From the human T2T-CHM13v2.0 reference genome, Homo sapiens, in NCBI RefSeq assembly GCF_009914755.1, contig NC_060947.1: a stretch of DNA of 64,000 nt, one strand, 5' to 3'. This document shows, piece by piece, positions 1 through 12,055 of this stretch. The position numbers and the translations under genes were made by a program. Every line of letters begins with the position of its first letter. The stretch's first letter is position 1. The notes beneath the pieces were generated by a model. It saw nothing but the letters and a program-made list of their open reading frames with translations, ran no database searches and was not told the DNA's origin.

Positions 1-135
1 TCAGGAGGCTGAGGCAGGAGAATCACTTGAATCCATGAGGCAGAGGTTGTGGTGAGCCAAGATCATGCCATTGCACTCCAGCCTGGGCAACAAGAGCAAA
101 ACTCTGACTCAAAAAAAAAAAAAAAAAAAAAAAAA
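1..135 (+). mobile_element. AluS right arm with poly(A) tail (cut by window edge)
   Basis: GGAGGCTGAGGCAGGAGAATCACTTGAA...CCAGCCTGGGCAACAAGAGCAAAACTC followed by an A-run. Confidence 0.95.
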
Positions 136-410
136 GAGGGGATTAAGTCATAAGGGTTTCACCCTAATGAATAGATTACTTGAGGGAGTAGATTAATTAT
201 GGTGGAAGTTTGGCCCTCATTTTCTCTCTGACTCTCACATGCTCTTGTTCTCTCTAGCCTACCCTTCTGCCATGGGATAATCCTTGTCAGATTCCTGTGC
301 CCTAATCTTGACCTTCCCAGCCTCAAGAACTGTGAGAAACAAATTTCTTTTACTTATAAATTACTTAGTCTCAGGAATTCTGTTATAGCAACAGAAAACA
401 GACTAAAACA
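136..410 (+). mobile_element. MaLR LTR (MST/MLT1A-like), 3' part
   Basis: CTTCCCAGCCTCAAGAACTGTGAGAAACAAATTTCTT...GTTATAGCAACAGAAAACAGACTAAAACA is the typical MaLR LTR end. Confidence 0.8.
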
Positions 411-479
411 ATCTGTGAAATGAAGAAAATAACATGTATAACAGTATTTCATCTTACCAACAATGTACATCATTTATTA

Positions 480-1147
480 CTAAGTAATGTAAACATCTTT
501 AAAATAATATTTCACTCTATCCTACCCAAAGTGAACTACAGATTCAACGCAATCCCTGTCAAGATCTCAATGACATTTTTTACAGAAAAAAATCTAAAAT
601 GTATATAGAATGTCAGGGGTCCCTGAATTGCCAAAACATTCTTGAAAAATAACAAATTAGGAGGTCTCACACTTCCTGATTTCAAAATATATTGCAAAGT
701 GACAGTAATCAAAACAATGTGGTACTGGCATAAAGACAGACACATAGACTAATAGAACAGAAGAGACAGCCAAGAAATAAACCCACTCATATGTGGTCAA
801 TTAATCCTTGACAGAGGTGCTAAGACCACACAATGGGGAAAAGACAGTCTCTTCAACAAATGGTATTAAGAAAATTATATATGCACATGAAAAGAATGAA
901 GTTGAGCCCTTTACTTATACCACATACAAAAACTAAATCAAAATGGATTAAAGACCTAAATATAAGATCCAAAACTGTAAAACTTAGAAAAAAAAACAGG
1001 AGAAAACTTCCTGACATTGGGTTTGGCAATAATTTATTGGACATGACACAAAATGCCCAGACAATAAAAGCAAAAATAAACAAATGAGACTACACCAAAC
1101 TTTAAAATTTCTATACATCAAAAAAAAAAAAAAAAACCCAAAGGATG
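480..1147 (+). mobile_element. Old L1 (L1MB-like) ORF2 fragment, left part; continues at 5139
   Basis: ORF track ILPKVNYRFNAIPVKI and KSKWIKDLNIRSKTVK are L1 ORF2 motifs; sequence is collinear with 5139-6375. Confidence 0.85.
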
Positions 1148-1740
1148 AAAAAGAAGAGAAAGAGGGAATCATCCCTAAATCATTCTATGAAGACAGTATC
1201 ACCCTAATACCAAAACCAGGAAAGGACATAAAAAAAAACTACAGACCAATATCTGTGATGAACATAGATGCAAAAATCTTCAAGAAAATACTAGCTAACT
1301 GAATCCAACAGCATATCAAGAAGAAAATCCACCATGGTCAAGTGTGTTCACACCAGGGATGCAGGGATGGTTTAGATAAATAAGTCAATAAATCTGATAC
1401 ACCACATAAACAGAATTAAAAACAAAAATCACACGATCATTTCAATAGACAGAGAAAAAGCATATGAGAAAATCCAGCATCCCTTTACGATTCAAGCTCT
1501 CAGCAAATTCAGCATAGAAGGGACATACCTTAGGTAATAAAAGCTATCTATGACAAACCCACAGCCAACATTATACCGAATGGGGAAATGTGAAAGCATT
1601 CTCCCTGAAAACTGCAACAAGACAAGGATGCCCATTTTCACCACTTCTATTCAACCTAGTACTGGAAGTCCTACCAGAGCAATCAGAAAAGAGAAATAAA
1701 TAAAGGGCATCCAAATCAGTAAAGCAGAAGTTGATCAATG

Positions 1741-2236
1741 TTCCATTGATATATATGCTGGTTTTTATACCAGTACCATGCTGTTTTGATGACTATGGCC
1801 TTATAGTATACTTTGAAGTCAGGTAATGTAATGCTTGCAGATCTGTTCAGTTTGCTGACTCTTGCTTTGGCTATGAAGGCTCTTTTTTGGTTCCATACAT
1901 ATTTTGTGATTTTTTTTTTTTTTAGTTCTGTGAAGAATGATGGTGGTATTTTGATGGGAATTGGACTGAATTTGTAAATTGCTTTTGGCAGTATGGTCAT
2001 TTTCACAACATTGATTCTACCCATCCATGAGCATGGGATGTGTTTCGATTTGTTTGTGCCATCTATGATTTCTTTCAGCAGTGTTTTGTAGTTTTTCTTG
2101 TAGAAGTCTTTCACTTCCTTTGTTAAGTATATTCCTAAGTATTTGAAATTTTTCTGTAGCTATTGTAAAAGGGGTTGAGTTCTTGATTTGATTCTCAACT
2201 TGGTAGCTGTTGGTGTATAAGAGAGCTACTGATTTG
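1741..2236 (-). mobile_element. Inverted internal ORF2 segment of the L1PB
   Basis: Minus-strand ORF 1716..2114 reads [26 protein letters not shown], a part of ORF2 missing between the flanking plus-strand pieces. Confidence 0.85.
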
Positions 2237-2240
2237 ATTT

Positions 2241-3534
2241 GGTCAAATCTTAAAGCTCCAAAATGATCTCCTTTGACTCCATGTATCACATCCAGGTCAC
2301 ATTGATGCAAGAGGTGGGTTCCCATGGTCTTGGACACCTCTGCCCCTGTGGCTTTGCAGGGCACAGACTCCCTCCTGGCTGCTTTCACAGGCTGGCATTG
2401 AGTGTCTGTGGCTTTTCCAGGTGCACGGTGCAAGCTGTCAGTGGGTCTACCATTCTGGGGCCTGGAGGATGGTGGCCCTCTTCTCATAACTCTACTAGGT
2501 AGTGCCCCAGTAGGGACTCTGTGTGGGGGCTCCGACCCCACATTTCCCTTCTGCACTGTGCTAGCAGAGTTTCTCCATGAGGCCCCACCCCTGCAGCAAA
2601 CTTCTGCCTGGGCATCAAGGCATTTCCATACGTCTTCTGAAATCTAGGCAGAGGCTCCCAAACCCCAATTCCTGATTTCTGTGCACTCACAGGCTCAATA
2701 CCACGTGGGAGTTGCCAAGGCTTGGGGCTTGCACCCTCTGAAGCCATGGCCCAAGATCTACATTGGCCCCTTTCAGCCATGGCTACATAGGCTTGGATGC
2801 AGGGCACCAAGTCTTTAGGCTGCACAAAGCATGGGGACACTGGGCCTGACCCATGAAACCATTTTTTCCTCCTAGGTCTCCAAGCCTGTGATGGGAGGGG
2901 CTGCCATGAAGACATCTGACATGCCCTGGGGAGACATTTTTCCCATTGTCTTATGGATAAACATTTGGCTCCTCATTGCTTATGCTAATTTCTGCAGCCA
3001 GCTTGAATTTTGCCTCAGAAAATGGGATTTTCTTTTCTATCACATTGTCAGGCTGCAAATTTTTCAAACCTTTATGCTCTGCTTCCCTTATAAAACTGAA
3101 TGCCTTTAACAGCACCCAAGTCACCTCTTGAATGCTTTGCTGCTTAGAAATTTTTTCTGCCAGATACCCTAAATTTATCTCAAGTTCAAAGCTCCATAAA
3201 TCTCTAGGGCAGGGACAAAATGCCACCTGCTATGTCTTTTATAAATGTCTTTGCTAAAACATAACAAGAGTCCCTTTTACTCCAGTTCCCAATAAGCTCC
3301 TCATTTCCTTCTGAGACCATCTCAGCCTCGATTTCATTGTCCATATCATTATCAGCATTTTGATTAAAGCCATTCAACAAGTCTCTACGGAGTTCCACAC
3401 TTTCCCACATTTTCCTGTCTTCTTCTGAGTCCTCCAAACTGTTCCAACCCCTCCCTATTACCCACTTCCAAAGTAGCTTCCAAATTTTTGGGTATCTTTT
3501 TAGCAGTACCCTACTCAACTTGTACCAATTTTTT
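2241..3534 (-). mobile_element. THE1 (MaLR) internal sequence, 3'-truncated
   Basis: Minus strand starts ...TTGGTACAAGTTGAGTAGGGTACTGCTAAAAAGATACCC and ends GGAGCTTTAAGATTTGAC; ORFs WFHGSGP, SPKPWQLPRG and GDHFGALRFD are typical THE1-int frames. Confidence 0.9.
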
Positions 3535-3886
3535 TGTATTAGTCTGTTTTCATGCTGCTGATAAAGACATACCTGAGACTGAGCAATTTACAAAAGAAAG
3601 AAGTTTATTGAACTTACAGTTCCACGTGGCTAGGGAGGCCTCACAATCATGGTGGAAGGCAAAAGGCACTTCTTACATGGTGGCAGCAAGAGAGAAAATG
3701 AAACGGGGTTTTCCTTATCAAACCATCAAATCTTGTAAGACTTATTCACTACCACCAGAACAGTATGGGAGAAATTAGGCCCATGATTTAATTATCTCCC
3801 ACCAGGTCCCTCCCACCACATGTAGAAATTATGAGAGTACAATTCAAGATGATACTTGGGTGGGTACAAAGAGCCAAACCATGTCA
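3535..3886 (-). mobile_element. THE1 (THE1B/C-like) 5' LTR
   Basis: TGTATTAGTCTGTTTTCATGCTGCTGATAAAGACATACCTGAGACTG...GAGCCAAACCATGTCA is the reverse complement of a ~350 bp THE1 LTR. Confidence 0.9.
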
Positions 3887-5138
3887 ACACTCTATTCAAC
3901 AAATGGTGCAGGAATAATTGACAAGCCACATGTAGAAGAATAAAACTGGATCCTCATCTCTCACCTTATACAAAAATCAACTCAAGATGGATCAAAGACT
4001 TAAATCTAAGACCTAAAGCCATAACAATTCTACAAGATAACATTGGAAAAACCCTTCTAGACATTGGCTTAGGCAAATACTTCATTACCAAGAACCCGAA
4101 AGCAAATGCAACAAAACAAAGATAAATAGATGGGAAGTAATTAAACTAAAAAACTTCTGCACAGCAAAAGAAATAATTAACAGAATAAACAGACAAGCTA
4201 CAGAGTAGGAGAAGATCTTCACGTCTATACATCTGACAAAGGACTAATATCCAGCATCTACAAGAAACTCAAACAAATCAGTAAAAAAGAAAAAAACAAA
4301 CAAACAATCCCATCAGAAACTGGGCTAAGGACATGAATAGACAATTCTCAAAAGAAGATATATAAATGGCCAACAACATATGAAAAAATGCTCAACATCA
4401 CTAGTGATTAGGGAAATGCAAATCAAAACCATAATGCAATGCCATCTTACTCCTGCAAGAATGGCCTTGATCAAAAAGTCAAAAAAGAGTAGATGTCGGT
4501 GTGGATGTTATGAAAAGGGAACACTTTTACACTTTTGGTGACAATGTAAACTAGTACAACCACTATGGAAAACAGAGTGGACATTCGTTAAAGAACTAAA
4601 AGCACATCTACCATTTGATCTAGCAATCTCACTCCTGCATATCTACCCAGAGGAAAAGAGGTCATTATACGAAAAAGCTACTTGCACATATATGCTTATA
4701 GCAGCACAATTTGTAATTGTAAAAATATAGAACCAGCCCAAATACTCATCAATCAACGAGTGGATAAAGAAAATGTGGTATGTATGTATATCATGGAATA
4801 CTACCAAGCCATAAAAAGGAATGAAATAATGGCATTTGCAGCCACCTGCATGGAATTGGAGACGATTATTGTAAGCGAAGTAACTCAGGAATGGAAAACC
4901 AAACATCGTATGTTCTCACTCATAAGTGGGAGCTAAGCTATGAGGATGCAAAGGCATAAGAATAACACAATGGACTTTGGAAACTTTGGGGGAAGGGTTG
5001 GGGGTACAGCGTACATTGGGTACAGTGTACATTGCTCAGGTGATGGCTGCACCAAAATCTCAGAAATCACTACTAAAGAACTTATTCATGTAACCAGACA
5101 TCACCTGTTCCCCAAAAACCTATTGAAATAAAAAAGAA

Positions 5139-6375
5139 ACCTATTATAGGATAAAATATTTGCAAATAATATGTCTGTTACGGGATTAATATTCAGAATA
5201 TATGAAGAACACTTACAACCCAACAACATAAAAACAATAACCTGATTTTAAAATGGGCAAAGAATCTAAATAGACATTTCCCCGAAGTAAGGTGTACAAA
5301 TGTCCAACAAGCATAGGAAAAGATGTTCAACATCACTGATCATTAAGGAAACGCAAATACAAATCCCAATGAGATATCACCTCACACCCGCTAGAATGGC
5401 CACTATCAAAAACAAAAATAATAAGAGTGACAAGGATGGGTGAGAAATTGGAACCTTTGTGCAGTGGTGATGGGAATGTAAAATAGTGCAGTCACTATGG
5501 AAAAATGAATGGAAGTTTCTCAAAAAAACTAAAAATGGAATCACCATATGATCCACCATTCCAGTTTTGTGTGTATATCAAGAAGAATTGAAAGCAGGCT
5601 CTCTCAAATAAATATTTGTACACTCATGTTCATTGCAGTGTTATTCACAATAGCCAAGAGTTGGAGGCAGCCCAGGTGTTCACTGACAGATGAATGGATA
5701 AAGGAAATGGGGTATGCACATGCAATTGAATATTATTCAGCTTTAAAATGGGAAAAAATTCTGTCACATGCTACAACACGGATGACACTTCCCGACATTA
5801 TGCTGAGTGAAATAAGCCAGTCACTTGGATTCCTCTTATATGAGATAACTTGAGTAGTCAAAATCAAGGAAGCAGAAAGTAGAATAGTGACTGCCAGGAG
5901 CTGAGGGAGGGGGAAATTGAGATTTGTTTGATGGATATACAGTTTCAGTTTTGCGAGTTGAAAATGCTCTAGAGATCTGATACATAAAAATGTGAATATA
6001 GTTAATGCCACTGAACTGCACACTTAAAAATGATTAAGAGGGGAAATTTTTTTTTTAGAAAATGTCTCACTCTGTTAATCAGGCTGGAGTGCAGTAACGT
6101 GACCACGACTCACCGCATCCTCAATTTCTTGGGCTCAAGCTTCGGCCTGCCAAGTAGCTGGGACTAGAGCTGTGCACCATCACGCCCAGCTTATTTTTAT
6201 TTATTTATTTATTTATTTAGAGATGGGATCTCACTATTTTGGCAGGGCTGGTCTGAATTTCCTGTCTTCAAGTGATTCTTCCACCTCACCCATCCCAAAG
6301 TGCTGGAATTGCAGGTGTGAGCCACAGCGTAAGAAGGTAAATTTTATATTGTGTTTTAATCACAATTTTTAAAAT
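5139..6375 (+). mobile_element. L1MB-like 3' end (continuation of 480-1147), interrupted by an AluJ
   Basis: ORF2 C-terminus (CTLMFIAVLFTIAKSWRQPRC) and 3'UTR GCCACTGAACTGCACACTTAAAAATG...AATCACAATTTTTAAAA. Confidence 0.85.
6051..6329 (-). mobile_element. AluJ
   Basis: Poly(T), CAGGCTGGAGTGCAG...GGGCTCAAGC...CCCAAAGTGCTGG; degenerate TSD TAAGAGGGGAAATTTT (6035-6050) and TAAGAAGGTAAATTTT (6330-6345). Confidence 0.9.
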
Positions 6376-6989
6376 ATTACAGAAAGAATAATTAACTTAT
6401 TTATAAATATACTTTACTGATGATTAAAAGAGAAGTCTTTTCCATTACATGTCATGCTATATGCTCCCAGTCATTTTTATTATGTATTTTAAAGGTTCAC
6501 ATCTTTGCATTCATTTCTAGCATATTTTATTTCAATCTGTAAAATATGACTTAATTGTGATGTTTGGCTTAGTCATACAACCTCTGTAAAACTATTTTAT
6601 TCCTGTAGCTTAAACTACTTCAGTCTAAGAAGGAGGTGTAGCTCATTTGAAATTCTTCTTCTTGTATTCTTACATTTACAGTTATGCAGTCTCACTGTAA
6701 ATGTTATTTTATTGGCCACCTGTTTCTTTGAGACACAGGAGGTTTATCTTATTCGGGAAGTTCTCAGGAGTTTCAAAGGCTCTTTGTCATAGCCGCTCAA
6801 CTCACAATGTCCTTTACCTTTTTCCTTAAGGTGATTGGATAAAGAAGATTACATTGCAGGCCTAGGATGCTATCATTGTATGCCCTCTCAGATCTTGGTA
6901 TATGACCAAAGAAGGAGTAATAACTTTGTTAAGCAAAAGTAATACTTATCTGAAAATGAGGTGTCACTTATTATAACATGTTCAGACTG

Positions 6990-7115
6990 TACAGTCAAAT
7001 GAGTGGTGTTCCCTTCAAAGTAACCACTTTGGAAGCTACACATTTTATTCTAATTCTGCTGCTTTTGCTTTGAGCAATGCAAGAGCTTCTCTTTCGGAAT
7101 TGTCATCAGAGGCAG
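6990..7115 (+). mobile_element. MARNA-like (Mariner) DNA transposon relic
   Basis: CCCTTCAAAGTAACCACTTTGGAAGCTACACATTTTATTC...GGAATTGTCATCAGAG resembles the recalled MARNA consensus. Confidence 0.5.
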
Positions 7116-7259
7116 TTTAGAGCCACATGAGAAAATCAGTCCCACTGCTTTACAGCCACATCTTGTATAATGTGTGAGACAGAATGGCAGGACCATTTCT
7201 CTCAGAGCTCATCTGAGATTATCTCCACACCGTCATTATAAATGAGAGAAAATTCAGAC

Positions 7260-7513
7260 CTGGCTTAAATGCCCAACTACTTCCTCAAATCTTATCTGAT
7301 TTTCCCCAGTCAGGAAAACCCTCCTTCCTCTGAACTACCAGAGTGCTATGCTGATACTAGTCTTAGGGAACCGAGGTCATATTGCTTTGGGTTATAGTTA
7401 GTTCTACACATTGCCCTTTTTAAATCATAAGCTCCTTAGAAACGTGTCTTATTCAGGTGTACAGTTCCCTCACACAGTACACAATCAGTAAATATTTATT
7501 GAATGAATAAATG
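7260..7513 (+). mobile_element. L2 3' end relic
   Basis: TAAGCTCCTTAG...TCAGTAAATATTTATTGAATGAATAAATGA is the L2 terminal signature. Confidence 0.6.
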
Positions 7514-7542
7514 ACTAAGAGAAAACCATTTCTTTAAAAAAA

Positions 7543-9995
7543 AACTTTTAAAAACCTTCAGAGGTAAATGTGCAGCTTTGTTATATGTAAACTTGTGTCA
7601 TGGGGGTTTTCTGTACAGGTCGTTTCATCTCCCAGGTTTTAAACCTAGTACCCATTAGTTATTTTTTCTGATCCTCTCCCCTCTCCCACTCTCTAGCCTC
7701 AAGTAGGCCCCTGTGGCTGTTGTTCCTCTTTTTGTGTTCATGTGTTCTCCTCATTTAGCTCCCACTTATCAGTGAGAACATGCAGTGTTTGATTTTTTGT
7801 TCCTGCATTAGTTTGCTAAGACTAATGGCCTCCAGATTCATCCATGTTCTGCAAAAGACATGATCTCCTTTTTTATGGCTGCATAGTATTCTATGGTGTA
7901 TATGTATCACATTTTCTTTATCCAATCTGTCATTGATAGACATTTAGGATGATTCCGTGTCTTTGTTATTGTGAATAGCGCTGCAATGAACATTTGCATG
8001 CACGTGTCTTTATGGTACAGTGCTTTATATTCCTTTGGTTATATACCCAGTAATGGGATTGCTGGGTCGAATGGTAGTTTGGTTTCTAGCTCTTTGAAGA
8101 ATTGCCACACTGCTTTCCAAAATGGTTGAACTGATTCACACTCCCAACAACAGTGTATAAGCGTTCCCTTTCCCCACCATCTGTTATTTTTTGATATTTT
8201 AATAATAGCCATTCTGACTGGTGTGAAATGGTATCTCATTTCTCTAATAGTGATATTGGGCTTTTCTTCATATGCTTGTTGGCAGCATGTTTGTGTTCCT
8301 TCAAAAAGTGTCTGTTCACGTCCTTAGCCCACTTTTTAACGGGGTTGTTTGTTTTGCCCTGTAAATTTGTTTAAATTCCTTATAAGTGCTGGATAACAGA
8401 CTTTTGTCAGATGCATAGTTTGCAAATATTTTCTCCCATTCTGTAAGTTGTCTGTTTATTCTGCTGATAGATTCTTTTGCTGTGCAGAAGTTCTTAGGTT
8501 TAACTAGATCCCATTTGTCAAGTTTTGCTTTTGTTGCAATTTCTTCTGGCTTCTTCATCATGATATCTTTGCTCTTTCCTATGTCCAGAGTGGTATTACC
8601 TAGGTTGTTTTCCAGGGTTTTTATAGTTTTAGGTGTTCCATTTAAGTCTTTAATCCATCTTGAGTTGATGTTTGTATTTGTACATAGTGTAAGAAAGGAG
8701 TCCAGTTTTCATCTTCTGCTTATGGCTAGCCAGTTTTCCCATCTCCATTTATTGAAGAGGGAGTCCTTTCCCCATTGCTTGTTTTTGTCAGCTTTGTAGA
8801 TGATTAAATGGTTGTAGGTGTGCGGCCTTAATTCTGGGCTCTCTATTCTGCTCCATTGGTCTTTTTGCCTGTTTTCATACCAGTACCATGCTGTTTTGAT
8901 TACTATAGCCCTGTAGTAGTTTGAATTTCAGTAACATGATGCCTCCAGCTTTGTTCTTTTTGCTTAGGATTGCCTTGGATATTTGAGTTCTTTTTTGATT
9001 CTACATACATTTTAAAGTACTTTTTTCTAGTTCTGTGAAGAATGTCATTGGTAATTTGATAAGAATAGCATTAAATCTGTAAACTGCTTTGGGCAGTGTG
9101 GCCATTTTAATGATATTGATTCTTCCTATCTATTTGTTTGTACCAACTCAGAATTCTTCTAGGTGTTTTCTAATTCTCATTGTAGAGATTTTTCACTTCT
9201 CTGGTTAGCTGTATTCCTGGCTATTTTATTATTTTTGTGGCTATTGTAAATTGGATTGTGTTTCTGATTTGGCTCTCAGCTTGGCTATTGTTGGTATATA
9301 GGAATGCTAGTGATTTTTTTCTTTTCTTGAGATGGAGTCTCATTCTGTCACCCAGGCTGGAGTGCAATGGTGCCATCTAGGTTCGCTGCAATCTCTACCT
9401 CCTGGGTCCAAGGATTCTCCTGCCTCAGCATCCCAAGTAGCTAGGATTATAGGTGTGTGCCACCACGCCCCACTAGTTTTTGTATTTTTGGTAGAGACTA
9501 GGTTTTGCCATGTTGGCCAGGCTGGTATCAAACTCCTGACCTCAGGTGATCCACCTGCGTCGGCCTCCCAAAGTGCTGGGATTACGGGCGTGGGCCACCG
9601 CAGGGATTTTGTACATGGATTTTGTATCCAGAAACTGCTGAAATTGTTTGTCAGCTGACGGAGGTTTTGGGCCAAGACTATGGGGTTTTCTAGATACAGA
9701 TTTAGGTCTAGAAACAGGGATAGTTTGACTTCTTCTCCTCCTATTTGGATGCATTTTATTTCTTCCTGTTGCCTGATTGCTCTGGCCAAGACTTCCAATA
9801 CTATATTGAATAAGTAGTGTTGAGAGAAGGCATCCTTGTCTTGTGCCAGTTTTCAAGGGGAATTCTTACAGCTTTTCCCCATTCAGTATGATGTTGGCTC
9901 TGGGTTTGCCATAGATGGCTCTCATTACTTTGAAGTATGTTTCTTCCATACCCAGTTTGTTGAGAGTTTTTAACATGAAGGGATGTTGAATTTTA
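7543..9995 (-). mobile_element. 5'-truncated L1PA (older, ~L1PA13-15)
   Basis: Antisense L1 3'UTR (GTGTCATGGGGGTTT, TTTAGCTCCCACTTATCAGTGAGAACATG); ORF2 frames RYHFTPVRMAII and [11 protein letters not shown]. Confidence 0.9.
9314..9601 (-). mobile_element. AluS inserted into the L1PA
   Basis: GAGATGGAGTCTCATTCTGTCACCCAGGCTGG...CTCAGGTGATCCACCTGCGTCGGCCTCCCAAAGTGCTGGG; short TSD AG(T/G)GATTTT. Confidence 0.95.
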
Positions 9996-10159
9996 CTTCC
10001 TTAATTATATATTGATTATTTTCATCTCTTCCAAGAGGATAAATCTTTTAAAAAGATACAGATATTGTCTTTCATGTTCATTCCTCTATATTCTGTAAAT
10101 ATTTTTTGAATGAATGAAAGAATGGTAATACCTAGTAAAATATAGAACATTTGACAGTA

Positions 10160-10530
10160 TGCAACAAATATTTACTGAGCTCCTACTCTGAGCAAGAATT
10201 TGGAGGATGCAAAGATAAATAGGAAATCCTCAAACACCTAACACAGAAGGCAGAGTGAATATAATTGGAAGTAATGTTCCGTGAGAATCTACAAGACTTC
10301 ATGGAGTTGGTATTTGATATGGACTTTGAAATATGGGCAGAATTTAGACAGGCGGAGATGACATGAAAAGATTCTAAGCAAAAGTAGCAGTATGAACAAA
10401 GACATAGAAGACAGGAAGGCACTTGGGAAATCCAGAAAGTCCAATATATCGGAATATATCTGTAGCATGAGCTGCAGAGGAGGTCAAAATGGTTGAGTCC
10501 ATACTGTGGAGGACTTTGAATTTCAGGATA
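10160..10530 (-). mobile_element. L2 relic
   Basis: CAACAAATATTTACTGAGCTCCTACT...GACTTTGAAATATGGGCAGAATTTAGACAGGCGGAG. Confidence 0.5.
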
Positions 10531-11176
10531 ATTCAGCCAAACTATATTCCTTTCTAAAGAAATGGAAGTTTTGTGTAATATTTCAGGGAAGCAGGGATAA
10601 GCCTTGTTGACTTAGTTGTTCACCCTGGACCCATTATTTCCTGACCTTTAATGCCTTTATCAGTGTTAAGTTATTTTGGTTTAAAATCCAATTATAACAA
10701 AAGGTAAAATTCTACAGGTAGGTTTTATTCAAAGATCTTTTCTCACCATATAGAAAAATAGTTTTGGCATATCTGCAGAATCTGCATTTTTGCCAGCAAT
10801 AGAAAATCTGAAGTAAAACAGAGAACAGCAGATATGGTATTTCCTTTTGTTGTCTGCCCTTCATGCATCTGACTAGAGATTTGCTTGTGTTATCTTGTTT
10901 TAATTTCTATAGATCAGTTCAGTACAAACAAAATAGTATCAACCTATGGATTAGAAAATATAAATGAGATTTCGAGCAAATGCCTTTCAGAAGACTATGA
11001 TCAGAAGAAATATGTAAGAAGGACATCACCCGAATCAGTCTAAGCTGGTTGCCCAATTTCAAGGATAGGCCTGATGCCTTCTTACAGGGATATTGTCTGT
11101 TAACACAAGAACTGTTCTTTTCCTTGGCAGGTTTTAACAATGAGAGCTTCATTTATTCATTTTAGCTCCATTTAAT

Positions 11177-11179
<3 letters not shown>

Positions 11180-11214
<35 letters not shown>

Positions 11215-11232
11215 ACACACTCACACACACAC
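11180..11232. repeat. (CA)n microsatellite, interrupted
   Basis: CA run with two CT interruptions. Confidence 0.97.
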
Positions 11233-11629
11233 CTGCTTGTAAAACCTTTGGGAATGGGGGCTATTGCTTTATTTTATTCACAGTGAAAATTTAAATAATG
11301 AAAATATCAACCAAATCAGTTGCTTTAAATTGTCTTTTCCTTGAACACTCACCCAAATAGAACTAAGAGCTTGATGTCTGCCATCCTCATTCATCCATTT
11401 ATTCATATGTCTGTGCATCTATCTATCCTTTAAACAAGCGTTTACTAAGTATGTACTCATTTTTATATACTATGTAAACTATTTTTGGTACTGTACTTTC
11501 TCTTGACAAGGTGTCTTACATTTATTTGCAGCAAATCCACATGCAAAATCTAGAATGGATCTAGAAAATAAACTTTTTAATCTATAGATAGAGCCATTTC
11601 AATATTTTTAAACACTTAACAATATGCTT

Positions 11630-11825
11630 ATTTATTTTTAATAGATACATAATAACAACTGTACATATTTGTGGGGCACAATGTGATGTTTCCATACTTA
11701 TATACCTTGTGTAGTGATCAAATCTGGGTAATTAATACATCCATCACTCGAACATTTGTCATTTACTTTTGGTAGAAACATTCAAAATGCTTTTTTCCAG
11801 CTATTTTGAGACAAATGATATTTAA
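11630..11825 (-). mobile_element. L1MA 3' end fragment
   Basis: GTACATATTTGTGGGGCACAATGTGATGTTT...CATTCAAAATG...CAGCTATTTTGA. Confidence 0.7.
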
Positions 11826-12055
11826 TTCTCAGTAACTAGATGGATTACCTCAAGGCAAATATTCTTTTTCAAATCAGTTTGCTTGAAGAGCTATAGTTAA
11901 TCATTAAATGACTATTTATCTTTCATTTCCTTTGAGGAAAGTCCAAGAATCTTAGAGTTGGAAGGAACCTTGCAATCTGACCATTAAAATGTTCATTTTC
12001 CTATCATCATCATTGAGGAAATTCCATTATATTTGTTCTTAAATATGAAGTATAA

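Larger units (their letters stand above)
1156..5130 (+). mobile_element. 5'-truncated L1PB1-like element inserted into the L1MB, internally rearranged and carrying a THE1
   Basis: RT region ([13 protein letters not shown]) at 1156-1730; 3'UTR GCACCAAAATCTCAGAAATCACTACTAAAGAACTTATTCATGTAACC...CCTATTGAAAT; candidate TSD AAAAAGAA at 1148-1155 and 5131-5138. Confidence 0.85.

Noticed and set aside
2017-3518. Longest ORFs in the track (179, 143 and 104 aa)
   Set aside because: They are overlapping broken frames of THE1 internal sequence; the 179-aa ORF simply reads across the THE1/L1 rearrangement junction
9332-9856. 108-152 aa ORFs
   Set aside because: Alu-in-L1 chimeric translations with stock Alu peptides; the same applies to ORFs at 25526-25945, 35824-36213, 37538-37909 and 55046-55405
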